A stretch of 63,150 nt of DNA, filler included, from Octopus bimaculoides (lineage: Eukaryota): assembly GCF_001194135.2 (NCBI RefSeq). It is 7 parts of 7 records of this genome, joined end to end, with 100 filler letters (N's around TTAATTAATTAA, not from the genome) between each part and the next. Parts side by side here need not be neighbours in the genome. Positions count along the whole stretch, not along the records: positions 1 to 23,509 come from NC_068982.1; positions 23,610 to 29,027 come from NC_069003.1; 5 more parts are not named here. The stretch is one strand, 5' to 3'. Under the pieces are notes generated by a model. That model worked only from the letters and a program-made list of their open reading frames with translations. It searched no databases and was not told the DNA's origin. Made by a program: the position numbers and the translations under genes. Below, one piece after another: positions 13,010 to 25,971 of the stretch (its first letter is position 1; every line of letters begins with the position of its first letter).

Positions 13010-13205
13010 CATCTGTCCCCCAACCACCGCTTGACAACCGATGTTGTATTTACGACCCCGTAACTTAGCGGTTCGGCAAAAGAGACAGATAGAATAAGTA
13101 CTAGGTTTAAAAAATAATAAGTCCTGGGGTCGATTTGTTCGACTAAAACCCTTCAAGGCGGTGCTCCAACATAGCCGCAGTGGAATGACTGAAAAAATTA
13201 AGAAA
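13010..13205 (+). mobile_element. SINE family B, 3' half
   Basis: cgcttgacaaccg...ccccgtaacttagcggttcggcaaaagagac.gatagaataagtactagg...gtcctggggtcgatttgttcgactaaa, matching the full copy at 38983. Confidence 0.8.
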
Positions 13206-13329
13206 ATACAAAAATAAAAGAATTTCGGATGGAAAGGGAAATTCTGGAGGACAATTAACAAAAGTATATTTTAAGAAATTACTTGAGGAAAAAGCTAAAA
13301 GAAACTATATGATTAATGTTAAATGAGTG

Positions 13330-14420
13330 GGGAGGACACAATATTCCTATAAAAAGACGGGCGATCACTTAACTTCATTCGCCCAACGTGGCCTTACTCA
13401 GAATTGGCGGATTGCACATGGCCTGAGGTCGGCATGGAAGCAGAGCAACGAAGCCTACAAACTCACATCACTAGATATAGATATTGTGGAACTCAGAAAG
13501 ATAAGAATTACTAAGGTACGAGATTTTAGTCCATTTCCGATGGCTACAAGGTGTACGTATCTCCAAATCGAATACGATCAGAAAGCAGTTATTATGTTGT
13601 TTCGAAACAGTTTGAACTATGTTCCTGTGCACAATGGATAAGTCAATGGTGCAGGACATGAGAGCAGTGAGGGTTATACCTTGAGACTACTAGATTTTTG
13701 TATGCATCTTGAGTCTTCCCTCAGAATGTTCCGCTCTTTAGTGATAGAGGGAGATTGCAATGGATTATCAGATGTGTGTCGAGAGTATGAAGATAGCTTA
13801 TGGGAGATGGAATGCAAAAGCCTCAAAAGCTTGTTCAGATATTTCCAACTGTGGACGACATCACTGTAACAGTGTTAGATACCAACCACATCGTACTGGG
13901 CTAAGGAATAACGTCTACAGGAGTCAAAATTGGACTAGAAAAGTTGGTGAGCCTACAGCTCTGCACTTGAAAAACATGTTCCATATCGTTCAACAGCAGC
14001 TTTAAGCCACTGGATGGGCGGATCTTTTAAACCAGTATCTTTTTGATTTCGATCTCCGGTAGAAAAAGTATCGTGAGGTAACGAGTAAGGTAACCAGACT
14101 GACCGAAAATTGAGACTATGGGTTATTCCAATCCACGTTTAGCACCGCTCCCGTGTGTGATGAGAATTGTTGATTCGGGATAGCCTCTACAGATAAACCA
14201 GTGCCGTCAACCTGGTCTGTCTGAGATGCGCGCAAGCCAAAGAAACTTTTCTGCTGCTCTCCTCCAATTCCTGAGTACTGCTAATTGGTGAGGTTAGGTC
14301 AAACAGCTGCAATTGAGTGTGGGATAGATTCAGCTGTATGCTGAGACCTTTGCGAAGGTCATCCAGTTACTTTTGCCTGTCTTTTGGCCTTGGTAAAACC
14401 AGATGTGTGGTAAACAAAAT
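13330..14420 (+). mobile_element. Possible highly degraded RTE-like LINE (APE endonuclease and RT traces)
   Basis: LDIDIVELRKIRI and VIEGDCNG resemble APE motifs (LDIDI.ALQETR, GDFNA). Downstream similarity is faint. Confidence 0.3.
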
Positions 14421-14639
14421 TAAAAGGGCTCAAGGCAAACTTTACCTTTTCTGACAATCCTTTACCAACTCTTACAACTTTCACGTGAAAAGGAAAATTA
14501 GGGTAGACAAGGAGTGCTGGTCCGACTGTGCGGGATTTCTCTATAAATTGACGCGGGGAGGTTACAAGAGGGTGTTTATCTTTGGAATAGGATTTTCTTT
14601 TAAACCCTTAGTGATTAATAAACTAAATACTATTGGAGG

Positions 14640-14770
14640 CCAAAGCAATTCCGGATCGATTGATTCCTTGATGAAAGGCAAAGTCGATCTCGGTGGAATT
14701 TGAACTATAAGCGTAAAGACAGACGAAATGCCGCTAGGCATTTTGTCCAACGTGCTAACGCTTCTGTCCG
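14640..14770 (-). mobile_element. SINE family A fragment
   Basis: gatgaaaggcaaagtcgatctcggtggaatttgaac...gacgaaatgccgctaggcattttgtccaacgtgctaacg is the reverse complement of family A. Confidence 0.7.
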
Positions 14771-14819
14771 TAATAATACCATTCTTATCATAATCAGCAG
14801 CATAACTCTTACTATTTCT

Positions 14820-14890
14820 GTTGCTGCTGTTACTACTAGTACTACAGCTGCTGCTGCGCCTGCTACTACTACTACTACTACTACTACTAC

Positions 14891-14962
<72 letters not shown>

Positions 14963-14995
14963 CAACAACAACAACAACAGCAACAACCACAACAA
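14820..14995. repeat. Compound (CTA)n/(TAA)n/(CAA)n microsatellite
   Basis: Directly visible; explains the poly-T/N/I/L ORFs. Confidence 0.97.
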
Positions 14996-16489
14996 CAATA
15001 TTTCCATTAGCATTGTACTTATTCCGCTTATTACCGCCTCGCTCATGGAGTGCTGTCTGCCAAAGAAAATTTTTGCGTGACGGCTTGTGTCTATCTGAGA
15101 AATGAAGATAAAAAGAAGTTGTTTTTATCTTCTTCGTTGTCTGTGTCTACCAATTCCTTTGATAATCTTGATAATCAATTTATTTTTCGGTAGTTTGTTT
15201 TTAATTTTTTGTTATAAATATATAGCTATGTCGTGAGTCCCAGATGACAGGGATGATAGACTATCGGCATAACTCACAAATCTGCTAACCAGCCTGTTTT
15301 CTAAATATCATGACGCAGTATTGTCCGTTACAGTAAGCAGCAGGGATACTGTTTACGTCGATTATGAGAATTATATCATGACCATTGAACTTTTTTTATT
15401 TTATTTTAAGTACTAATATACTATGAATGGGATACAGGCAACGACCGCAATAATGTTTATTCCCTTTGGTCTACACATTTATGTTGTGTAAATATAGGTC
15501 CGAGCAAAATACTTGTTGCCTTTAACTGGTCAATCAAAACAAAATAGATAGAAGAGAGAAATAGTATAAACCAGAGAAATGTATTGAATAAAATTGATAA
15601 TGAACGAATTTGTAATGTTTCTACGTTTTTCTTGACTTCGAGTGTTATCTCTGTTGTTACTTAAAATTTTTGTAAGTGTTACATATCTATAGGGCAAAGT
15701 GAGTATTCATAGGTGGTGGGCAGAGTAAAGCTGACATTCGTGTCATTCAACTTCCTGTTATAGAAGCAGAGGATGAAATTAATTAAATGACAGCAAATTC
15801 CATCGATGAGAAAATGTGTCAGTTTGTTTTGATTTTTATATTTATATTTTTCTCCTTTTTATTTTATTATATTTATTTATATGTTTTTGTCAGTACAGAA
15901 ATCTAATTCAGAATGTTAAAGACATTAAGGCTTTATAGGAAAAAGTTTTAGAGGAGGAATATGTTTCTTGGTGCTATGTAGATCATTATATTGATTCTCT
16001 CCTACTCTTTGTAATTTTCTTGCAGCAAATGGATTTACATAACGGAATATGACAGATTTTAACGCAAGATAAAGTAATGCTCATATTTTATCTGGGAGAG
16101 CAATATTCATATTTTAAAATCACGAAAAATTTGAGGAGAGAAAAATCTATAGTAAGCAAGTGTAGATTAGATATGAGGGAGAGATATCCTAAATATTGAA
16201 ACGGGAAATAGGTACATGGTGAAAATGCCAATGATATTCCTTAAGAGAAATTCTGCAGATTCACAAAGGCTGCCGTACCACTTCGATGAAATCTAACACT
16301 TATAAAAAGTGGGGATCTCTTGAAAAACTTAAGTACCCAGCAATCTTTCTATGTTCTCTTTGAAGCTATTTCTTTTACTTTATGCCAGTACATTTTAAGA
16401 AATCACAATTCTCATTCCATTTTACAACTTCAACTGATGATGATAATAATAATAATAAGAAGAAGAATAAGAATAATACTAATATGATT

Positions 16490-16850
16490 AGATAATGGAA
16501 ATAGATATGAGAAAGTCAATAAAGAGTACAAGAGGAAATTAGGAGGGTGCTCAAAAAAAAACTTAATAGAAGGAACATCATTAAAACCATAAATACATAG
16601 GCTGTGCCCATTCTGAGATAAACTACTCCTTTTTATAAAATTGGTTGAGCAAAAAAACCTAGATAGAAGAACTAGAAAGCTGTTCACGATGCACAATACA
16701 CTCCATCCCAAAAGCATTAGCGTCCGACTCTACTTACCAAAAAAGGAATGTAGCAGAGGATTACTAAACGCAGAAAACACGGTTAATACTACGATACTAG
16801 GTCTGGAAAATTATGTTGCGCAGAGTAGAAAAGAATACTATCAATAGCCA
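16490..16850 (+). mobile_element. R4/Dong-type non-LTR retrotransposon fragment (post-RT region)
   Basis: EKVNKEY...VLKKKLN..NIIKTINT*AVPILR...LDRRTRKLFTMHNTLHPKS...RLYLPKKE..RGL; preceded by (TAA)n-like repeats. Confidence 0.85.
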
Positions 16851-17639
16851 GAGATACCCCAAAACTCGTCCATTTCACAGCCTTGGAGGAAAGGTGGTTC
16901 TATCCAATTTATCAAAGCAATATCGTGTCCATGTCTTTGCCTTGTCTGTTTTTAGTCTAGCAAAATGATTATTCACAGGTAAGCGATTACCGCAATAGGT
17001 ATTGACTGGAAATGACATTTGAGAATATCAAATTAAATTGTTTTGAATTTATGCCAATTAAATCGTACATTTTCTTCAGAAAGAATTAAATTCCAATCAA
17101 TGCAGGTGAACGAGACATTTGGAGCAGACTAATCATTGACTATTAGGAATTTTGTCAGGACAAGAGAGCAGAAATCGAACGGTGCTGCGAAGATCAGCTA
17201 ATATCAACTAAAATTTCCTCAGAGGTGGAATCAACTGACTTCGGGTGAGATGATAATGACAAAATATAGTATGATGTTGCATTGCCATTTAGTTGTATGA
17301 GTAGAGTTACAACTTGTGTTATGTCATTATCATTCAGAAATTCATTAATTTTAATCCAGCCGAAGGAAAACAATTACAATCAACTGCTGGAGTTCAATTC
17401 AAAATTATACAAAATTTGTGAAGATATGACCAATTATCTTTAACCTTGCTTTAAGGCTAATAAGCAGAGCAGCAAATGTTTGAATTCTGTATAGTTTCCC
17501 CTTTCTTCATTATTCACTTCTTTCCCTTGGCAATCAGCAACAAAGACTTCCAGTTACTATGGCTGAAAATCTTCCATTCCTAGCTCTCCCTCGAAATATT
17601 TTAAAATCTTTTACTGCTCCCCGAGCTCCCAGAACCAAC

Positions 17640-17830
17640 AACAACTCTTGGTTATATCATTTCCTGAATCGCGGACATCTAACTTTATCTTTCTCCAAAG
17701 TAATTGTCCTCGATGATTTCAATGTTCACAACACAACTTCGTTCTCGTACTCATCCTATTTTAATAGAGCCGATGTACAAATCGAAGATTTTGCAAACCT
17801 CAAAACTCCATATCAACAAGTTTCTCTAAA
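17640..17830 (+). mobile_element. CR1-like APE endonuclease fragment
   Basis: KVIVLDDFNVHNT...SS...RAD...DFANL..YQQV resembles IIILGDFNVHH..W..SS..D..G...F...L.Q.V. Confidence 0.5.
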
Positions 17831-17904
17831 ATAATTCAATAAAAAACGAACATTGCTTCAGTCTTTTTCTCTATTTATCTTAATGAGATTCTAACTATAT
17901 TTTC

Positions 17905-18250
17905 TTTGCTAGGGTTATGTGAATGCTTTCCAATCATATGGTTTCAGTTTAAGTCCCACGGCGTGGCAACCCGGGCCAGATAAACCTTTGTGAGAGGATT
18001 CGGTAGACAGAAGCTGAAAGTAGCCCGTCGTATACGCGCGCGCGCGCGTGTTAGCCACTACCGCTTGACAACCGGTATTGGTTTGTTTACGTCCCGGAAA
18101 TTTAGCGGTTCGGCAAATGGAACGGATGGAAGAAGTACCAAACTTTAAAAATAAGTTCTGACGGTCGAGCTGTTCGACTAAACACGTCGAGACAGTGCCC
18201 CAGTATGACCGCAGCCCAGTAACTGAAACAAGTAAATGATAAGAGATAAA
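17905..18250 (+). mobile_element. SINE family B (diverged)
   Basis: gtgagaggattcggtagacagaagctgaaagtagcccgtcgtata...ccgcttgacaaccgg...tttagcggttcggcaaa...actgaaacaagtaaa. Confidence 0.7.
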
Positions 18251-19083
18251 AGATGTATTTGCCTATTTCTGTTTGTGAATATAGAGAGTAAAAGACATAA
18301 ATAGAAGACTGAGTAGGAGGATATTGGTGCACTTGCGGGATTGTGAGCTGTTGTGTTTGTGTTGTATATAAACACGCTAATTTTAATGTCAGTGACCGAT
18401 TTATTTTCGAAATAATTCTTTTGGAATGCATTTTCCTTTTCTACTCACTCCATTCACAAAATAATTACACTTCATCTCCTTTGGAAAATAGCGCCAAGAA
18501 ATTTTTAACAGAAACCTTACTTGCTTGGAAATAAATACTTTCCGTCACACTCTATCGAACTGTGACCATTCTTAACAACTTACCTAGCTAATCTGTGTTG
18601 TGTTTAGAGTCTATTTGACAGCTCGACTGTCAGTAGCCCTTACTTGTCATTCCACAAGTGTCTGTCACAATTTCGTTAGCCGTTTCTGACCTATTGCGTT
18701 CTATTAGATAAAGATTACATGGACTGAAGCCAACAAACATTACAGTTGTCACTAACCAATGTAATTATAACTTTCAGTGAGATCATCAACTTCACTGTTT
18801 TAATCTCAGCATTCTCTATCACACTTCTAAAAATCTCAGAACTCTTTCTGTCCCCCGCACCCTTCTGTCTCTCTCTCTCTTCTTTCTCACCCTCTGTCTG
18901 TCTGTCTCTTTCTCTCTCTCTCTCTCTATCTATCTATCTAGCTATCTAGCTATCTATCTATCTATCTACTCCTCGGTCGGTTTTATTTTATTTTCTCTTC
19001 TCTGTAGTGATACGGTAAGTAAGTAGCACTGACGCAGGTGATGAAAAATTGCCTATTGATGTCGACTTGGTGATCGTCGTCGC

Positions 19084-19143
19084 CATCGTCGTCATCGCCA
19101 TCGTCGTCATCGCCATCGTCGTCATCGCCATCGTCGTCATCGC
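19084..19143. repeat. 15-bp tandem repeat (CATCGTCGTCATCGC)x4
   Basis: Four perfect units inside a longer CAT/CGT/GTT trinucleotide tract. Confidence 0.95.
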
Positions 19144-19644
19144 CACCATCGTCGTTATTGTCGTCGTCGTCGTCATCGTTGTTGTTGTTGTGCTTGCTTG
19201 TGATTCTCTTGATAGTGATGACAGAGTTGGTAATATTTTCAGTTTGAGAATACGTCGCCTTATGATGGCTGCAGTAATGAATATCTATTGTAGAGATGGT
19301 TGGCATTCATCCGTAACAACAACGACAACAGCAGGTGTCATCAGATAGTGATAGGGACGTTTATGTTGAAGATGATAGTAGCTGTGATTGAAGCATTAAG
19401 AATACAATATATAAATTAACTAATTAATAGTTATCGCCAAGCCAACATGGCAGTCCCAAAATTAGGACGAATGCTGGCGTGGATTAGCTCCAAGAGGCCA
19501 TCGCCTCTAGCTAGCTATGTGACACACGAACCTGTGTCCTTTATAACCTTCGAACAGGGGAGGTCAGCAGCTTAGAGACTTAGAAATATTAATATCTCTA
19601 TATAAATTAACTATATTCTTTTATTCTTTTGTTTCTGTCATTTT

Positions 19645-19790
19645 GACTGCGGGCATGACTTTAGTCGAACAAATTCTTTGTAAGCCTAGTGCTTATTCTG
19701 TGCGCTCTTTTGCCGAACCACTAGATTACGGAGACGTAACCACAGCAACATCGGTGATGAAGGGGGACAAACATAGAGACACACACAAAT
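19645..19790 (-). mobile_element. SINE family B, 3' half
   Basis: ttctttgtaagcctagtgcttattct...ttttgccgaacc.ctagattacggagacgtaa is the reverse complement of the family B tail. Confidence 0.7.
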
Positions 19791-20467
19791 ATACACACAC
19801 ACACACACACACACGCACGCATACATTTACATATACACACACACACACATATACACATATATATATATATATATATATATAATTATTACAATTAAAAGGG
19901 TAAAGGATTATCAATTTATTAATTTATTAATAAATTAATAATTAATAATTTTTACCAAGCCCTTCGGTATGTAAACACCATTATCGGTGAAGAACTTATT
20001 TAAAAGTTCTTATACATATATATATATNNNNNNNNNNNNNNNNNNNNNNNNNNNNNNNNNNNNNNNNNNNNNNNNNNNNNNNNNNNNNNNNNNNNNNNNN
20101 NNNNNNNNNNNNNNNNNNNNNNNNNNNNNNNNNNNNNNNNNNNNNNNNNNNNNNNNNNNNNNNNNNNNNNNNNNNNNNNNNNNNNNNNNNNNNNNNNNNN
20201 NNNNNNNNNNNNNNNNNNNNNNNNNNNNNNNNNNNNNNNNNNNNNNNNNNNNNNNNNNNNNNNNNNNNNNNNNNNNNNNNNNNNNNNNNNNNNNNNNNNN
20301 NNNNNNNNNNNNNNNNNNNNNNNNNNNNNNNNNNNNNNNNNNNNNNNNNNNNNNNNNNNNNNNNNNNNNNNNNNNNNNNNNNNNNNNNNNNNNNNNNNNN
20401 NNNNNNNNNNNNNNNNNNNNNNNNNNNNNNNNNNNNNNNNNNNNNNNNNNNNNNNNNNNNNNNNNNN

Positions 20468-20502
<35 letters not shown>

Positions 20503-22714
20503 GTATATATATACTTATATGTAGGTATGTATGCATGTATGTATATAGATCTCTAAAAATCACAAATTATTTGAGTATCTTTAAAATAACAGTAAAATAA
20601 CAGCTTGACTGTACATATCGGGCAAACAATGTGTGTGTTCGCGTGCGTAAGTGTGTGTGTGTGTGTGTGTGTGTGAGTGTGTGTGAGTGTGTGTGTATTC
20701 ATATATAGGATTTTTTTATGTTTTCCAATATTAATGGTCAAACTGTTACTTGACATGTCATATAGATTTAAGTTCAAGATACACGAGTAATCTAATTTTT
20801 AGAGATATATTTACATAGATATATCTAAGTGTATAACACGCGCATACGCACATAAATACATACATACATATATCGTAATCTATGAATTGTAAATTTTTTG
20901 CAAAATTATATTAACCTTTAAACGGCAGAAAAGTGTCTTGCACGGATGCTTATGCCATGCAAGCAAAAAAGCAAAAAAGCAAAAAATGTCTTTTTTGCTT
21001 AAGGTGAAGTAAGTTCAAAACTTTATTAGTTGTTAGTCTTTTGCAGAATAAAATTTGCAATGACGTTATCGAAAATTGACGCAAAATATTAACATTTCTT
21101 TGATGTTGACCGTTCCCATGGAAAATAATTTTCAAACATTAATTGCTGATCTCCGCTACGTAAGCGTTAAGCATAGTGCAAAACAATGTCTCATAGATAA
21201 TTTCAACACTAGTGTATTTGTGAAGGAGCGAAAAGATATGCTTATTATTACCATCCCATTTCCATCTGGTTGCTGATACTGCGACAAGAATGAAAAAAAA
21301 AAAAACAGCTAGTATTCATTGTTGGAGACTTCAACGGAATTTTTTTGTATTTAGCTGTAGTATATAGGTGTATGTAGTTGTTAATTATATTTCAGAATTT
21401 TAAATATTAGGAAATAAGTGAAACAGTTGAAACGCATTTATTTTTTAAATTATTAAATGTTTGACGAGCTAAGTGTGTTTGCGTTGTTCAGAACGTAATT
21501 AATGAGGATTCTCTCATTAGGTTCTCTACGTCGAAAACTATATCTATATATACACCGATACCGATATTTATATGCATGTGTNNNNNNNNNNNNNNNNNNN
21601 NNNNNNNNNNNNNNNNNNNNNNNNNNNNNNNNNNNNNNNNNNNNNNNNNNNNNNNNNNNNNNNNNNNNNNNNNNNNNNNNNNNNNNNNNNNNNNNNNNNN
21701 NNNNNNNNNNNNNNNNNNNNNNNNNNNNNNNNNNNNNNNNNNNNNNNNNNNNNNNNNNNNNNNNNNNNNNNNNNNNNNNNNNNNNNNNNNNNNNNNNNNN
21801 NNNNNNNNNNNNNNNNNNNNNNNNNNNNNNNNNNNNNNNNNNNNNNNNNNNNNNNNNNNNNNNNNNNNNNNNNNNNNNNNNNNNNNNNNNNNNNNNNNNN
21901 NNNNNNNNNNNNNNNNNNNNNNNNNNNNNNNNNNNNNNNNNNNNNNNNNNNNNNNNNNNNNNNNNNNNNNNNNNNNNNNNNNNNNNNNNNNNNNNNNNNN
22001 NNNNNNNNNNNNNNNNNNNNNNNNNNNNNNNNNNNNNNNNNNNNNNNNNNNNNNNNNNNNNNNNNNNNNNNNNNNNNNNNNNNNNNNNNNNNNNNNNNNN
22101 NNNNNNNNNNNNNNNNNNNNNNNNNNNNNNNNNNNNNNNNNNNNNNNNNNNNNNNNNNNNNNNNNNNNNNNNNNNNNNNNNNNNNNNNNNNNNTATATAT
22201 ATGAGAATTTGTACAGTGACTCGCGTTTCACGGCATTACATTCGTAAGGTGAAACACCTGAAGATATCCATATCAGGAAACTCGACTCGTGAGACAAACT
22301 CTCAGCTTCAATGTTGTAAAAATTCTTACCTTCTACATACTTTTAGCATTCCTCTCTTCTTTCGACCCGTATGTCTGTGAGTGAATGTTAGTGTATGTGC
22401 ATGTATATGTGTGTATATAATGAGAGTCCAAAAGCTTGTGTAACCGCAATATACAGGTAAACAGAAGTAGAAATGTCAGAAAGTTACATCAAAATGGATA
22501 CCGATACAAACATTTATATGCATGAATGTGTGTTTACCCATATATAATTTATGTTTATGTATATATACATATGTATAACTATCTATCTATCTAGTCAATT
22601 CAAACATGAACAAGCAAGGGAAAAAGCGTAAAAGCTCGAAAAAACAACAACGTGAGGACGTGGAATAAGTACAGTGTTATTGGATGCTCAGGAAAGTAAA
22701 GAAAAGAATGAGGG

Positions 22715-22750
22715 TTTCAGGTTTCGAGCGGAGCTCTTCATTAGAAATAT
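22715..22750 (-). ncRNA. Decayed minimal hammerhead-like motif (PLE terminal-repeat type)
   Basis: Minus strand reads TTT-CTAATGA-A-GAGC-TCC-GCTC-GAAAC-CTG-AAA. It has the same stem II as the motifs at 49806 and 54871 but several core substitutions. Confidence 0.35.
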
Positions 22751-23509
22751 AGGAAAAGTCCAAAGAAGGGCAGAGAGAGAAAGAAAATCGCCAACGATGC
22801 ACATTCTGTCAACTATCTATCTATTTGTGTTTGTCTCTGTGTGTATGTGTGTCTGTCTGTATGTATGTATGTATGTATGTATGTATGCATGTGTGTATGT
22901 TTGTATGTATGTATATATCTATGTATGTATGTATGTATGCATGTATTGCAAACCAAATACAAAAACAAATTCTAATCAATATTTTTTCGTTTTTTATTTC
23001 ATTTCATTAAGAAATAAATTGATAATGCGCTGCGACAATTTTTCGATTAACTGAATTCAACCTCCTGATTTCATTCCCCTTTTAAAACTGCTTCATTTAT
23101 ACCAATGCTGTTGCTGTTGTATTTATTGTCATTGTCGTTGACTTTCAATCCCTACTCGAGCAGACACTATAATCAAATATTATCTTATAAATTCTTTGCT
23201 ATAAATTCAACGCTAGTGATAAAAGTCGTAGTAAATATATGACGTGTAATTTCATCGGTTGATAATTTCATTGTAAGATGATTATACGGCTAGTATTACA
23301 TCGTCGGGAAATCCATCTCCGAAAATTTATCTCAAAGGTTTCTTTAATTTTTTAATTTTTTTTTATTCTGACAGTAAAATACATGGCATTAAAATACATG
23401 GTAATAATGAAAAACAATTCTTACAAAAAGTATTCTTCTTAAATTTATGCATGAATGTGCAGAAGTGTATATTATATGGTCGAATTCCTTGAATTGATGA
23501 ATCAATATA

Positions 23510-23609
23510 NNNNNNNNNNNNNNNNNNNNNNNNNNNNNNNNNNNNNNNNNNNNTTAATTAATTAANNNNNNNNNNNNNNNNNNNNNNNNNNNNNNNNNNN
23601 NNNNNNNNN
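23510..23609. other. Artificial 100-bp gap marker N44-TTAATTAATTAA-N44
   Basis: The same 12-mer is centred in N runs at ~23554, 29072, 33178, 39802, 51846 and 54763. It has stops in all six frames and is an assembler spacer. Confidence 0.95.
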
Positions 23610-24186
23610 GTGTGTGTGTGTGTGTGTGTAGATGACAAATATATCTCCAAAAAAAGCCTTCAACTTCAGAAGTCAGTGAGTGGCTGATTTCTTCAACAAG
23701 ATACAGCTATTTGTTGTGTCAACACTTGGCACTAATATGTCACCAACTGTTGATAAAGAGAACCCGCTTCAGTTCATTACCATTTCTCTCTCCCTCTCTC
23801 TTTCCTCTCTCTCTCTCTCTCCCTCTCTCTCCCTCTCTCTTTCCTCTCTCTCTCTTTCTCTCTCTGGCCTTTTCAATAAAATAAAATATACTAAAATCAA
23901 AAAGAAAGCCAGTTCAGATGGATGGAGATGGGGGTAGATATCACACAGAGAAAAGGGCGCACAGTAGCACAAGCGACGAGGTAGTAGTAAGAGTAGGAGG
24001 TGGATGAGTAAGGCGTAGTGGTGGTGGTGGTGGTGGGGTGGTGGATATGGTGGAGGTGGTGCTTGCGTTCGTTGTCGCTCTTGTAGTCGGTTTCTCGATT
24101 TTCCTCCTGAGTTGAGTTCAAAGTGAAAAACTATACTGTTGCTGAACTGCAATTTCGGCTTTAATAATATGTATGCCAGTACGAAG

Positions 24187-24405
24187 ATGGCAAACTGGCA
24201 GAAACGTTAGCACGCCGGGCGAAATGCTTAGCAGTATTTTGTCGGCCGTTACGTTCTGAGTTCAAATTCCGCCGAGGTCGACTTTGCCTTTCATCCTTTC
24301 GGTGCCAATAAATTAAGTACCAGTGAAACACTAGGGGTCGATGTATTAGGCTGGCCTCCTACCCCAAAATTTCGGGCCTTGTGCCTGGAGTAGTAAAGAT
24401 TATAT
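24187..24405 (+). mobile_element. SINE family A, near full length
   Basis: A box (tggcagaaacg), spacer, B box (gttcaaattcc), core gaggtcgactttgcctttcatcctttcgg...aattaagtaccagt, tail gggccttgtgcct. Confidence 0.9.
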
Positions 24406-24500
24406 ATGCCTGTATGTAGACATATACCTGCGCATACACATGTTCAAAATATATTATACATACATATATATATATATATNNNNNNNNNNNNNNNNNNNNN

Positions 24501-24539
<39 letters not shown>

Positions 24540-25030
24540 CACAAGGGTGTACGTACGCCGCTAAATGTACATATAAATCTTTTTAAATGGAACAAAAATG
24601 CAATAGAGGACAATAAAACATTCGGACAGATGGACGATACAAAGGCGGGCAGGGAAATCAACAATTCAAGGGACAGGGGAAAAAAAGATGGGTCATTCGT
24701 GGGCTTCTTTCTTCAGTCAAGTTACCAGATGTCCTTACCGTTTCGGACAGTTACACTTGAGACTGTTCGGTCTGGTTTCCCCCACCCCAAAAAATGTCTA
24801 AGCTAAGAGCATTATATTTTTTGTAAGAAAGATAGCGAATGTGTAAAGCAACAAAGACAAAAAAACGGAGAACATGGTACACAATTACAAATACAACAAG
24901 AATATAACAACAGGTTTCTTTCGACTGAGAACGAATCAAATTGAGCTGGCGGGTATGAAGTGAAAGCCTAAAGGCAGGAACATAAGAGATGGACATAAGA
25001 GGCAGCCAGACGAATGTACGTATGTATGTG

Positions 25031-25106
<76 letters not shown>

Positions 25107-25739
25107 CGCGTGTATGTGCATTTATGTATGTGTGTGTGTGTGCGCATGTGCATCTTATTGCTATACTGACCCTCTTGAGATACGAAATGTTTCAGCTCTT
25201 GAGTTCACATCAAGAATCTTGAAAACCAAATAGAAAAACGTAATATATATATGTGTATGCGTTTACATAAGATAAGCTTGAAGAGCAAATCTCAGTCAGC
25301 TAGTTATCTGTAAATACATCCTCATTATGTATTATGCAATGCAGAGGAGAGCTCCTTATCCATGAAACTTAAGTAACATCTTGAGTATTGCATAAAGAAT
25401 TTCTTTTCTGTTTTTGTATATAAGCACATATGCTTTGTATACATACATACATACATTCACACATACATACATATATACATGCATGCATACAGTGGCTGTA
25501 AAAAGTTATCAATTGAATAACCTCCAATCTGACTTCCTGCCTGTAATTTAATGAGCGGCAGAAACACAATACAACGGCTAAATGACGACAACTTTAAGCT
25601 CATACACTTGAGAACAAGAAGTACATAAACACTTATGTTCTCTTCTTTCGTTCGACCCTCGCATTGTGTTAGACAATGTCAGAGACATGGGAGTAATCTC
25701 GTCTACGACAGAGGCGCAAGCTTGGCTGTCAGGAACGAA

Positions 25740-25846
25740 GCTTGCTTCCCACTCACTCCGTTGCAATTTGGGCAAGTGTCTTCCACTCTGGCTGCAGACC
25801 GACCAAATTATCGTGAGTGGATTTGGTAGACGTAAACTGAGAGGAG

Positions 25847-25888
<42 letters not shown>

Positions 25889-25971
25889 CACAGGTTTCTT
25901 TCGGTTTCCGTCCACCAAATCCACTCGCAAAGCTTTGGTCGGCCCGGGAGCTATAGTAGGGCACTTACCCA
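25740..25971. mobile_element. Two SINE family B 5' halves in inverted orientation joined at (TG)n
   Basis: 25769-25849 (+) and 25891-25971 (-) both match 'tgggcaagtg...ccgaccaaa...gtgagtggatttggtagacggaaactgaaagaagccc'. Confidence 0.85.

Noticed and set aside
16881-16978. Strong donor CAG|GTAAGC with an upstream acceptor
   Set aside because: All three frames contain stop codons.
19084-19143. Short regularly repeated units (also 47443-47506 and 60918-60983) considered as a CRISPR-like array
   Set aside because: No unique spacers, at most four units, animal context and no cas genes.
23554-23565. TTAATTAATTAA recurring six times, which could look like a conserved motif, PacI sites or regularly spaced repeats
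   Set aside because: Always centred between N runs (44 + 12 + 44 = 100 bp where counted). It is an assembler gap spacer, not biological.
23769-24152. Minus-strand ORF containing APPPPYPPPHHHHHH (PPxY and poly-His look)
   Set aside because: Arises from a degenerate (GGT)n tract; the flanking peptide is not domain-like and I found no convincing splice pair.
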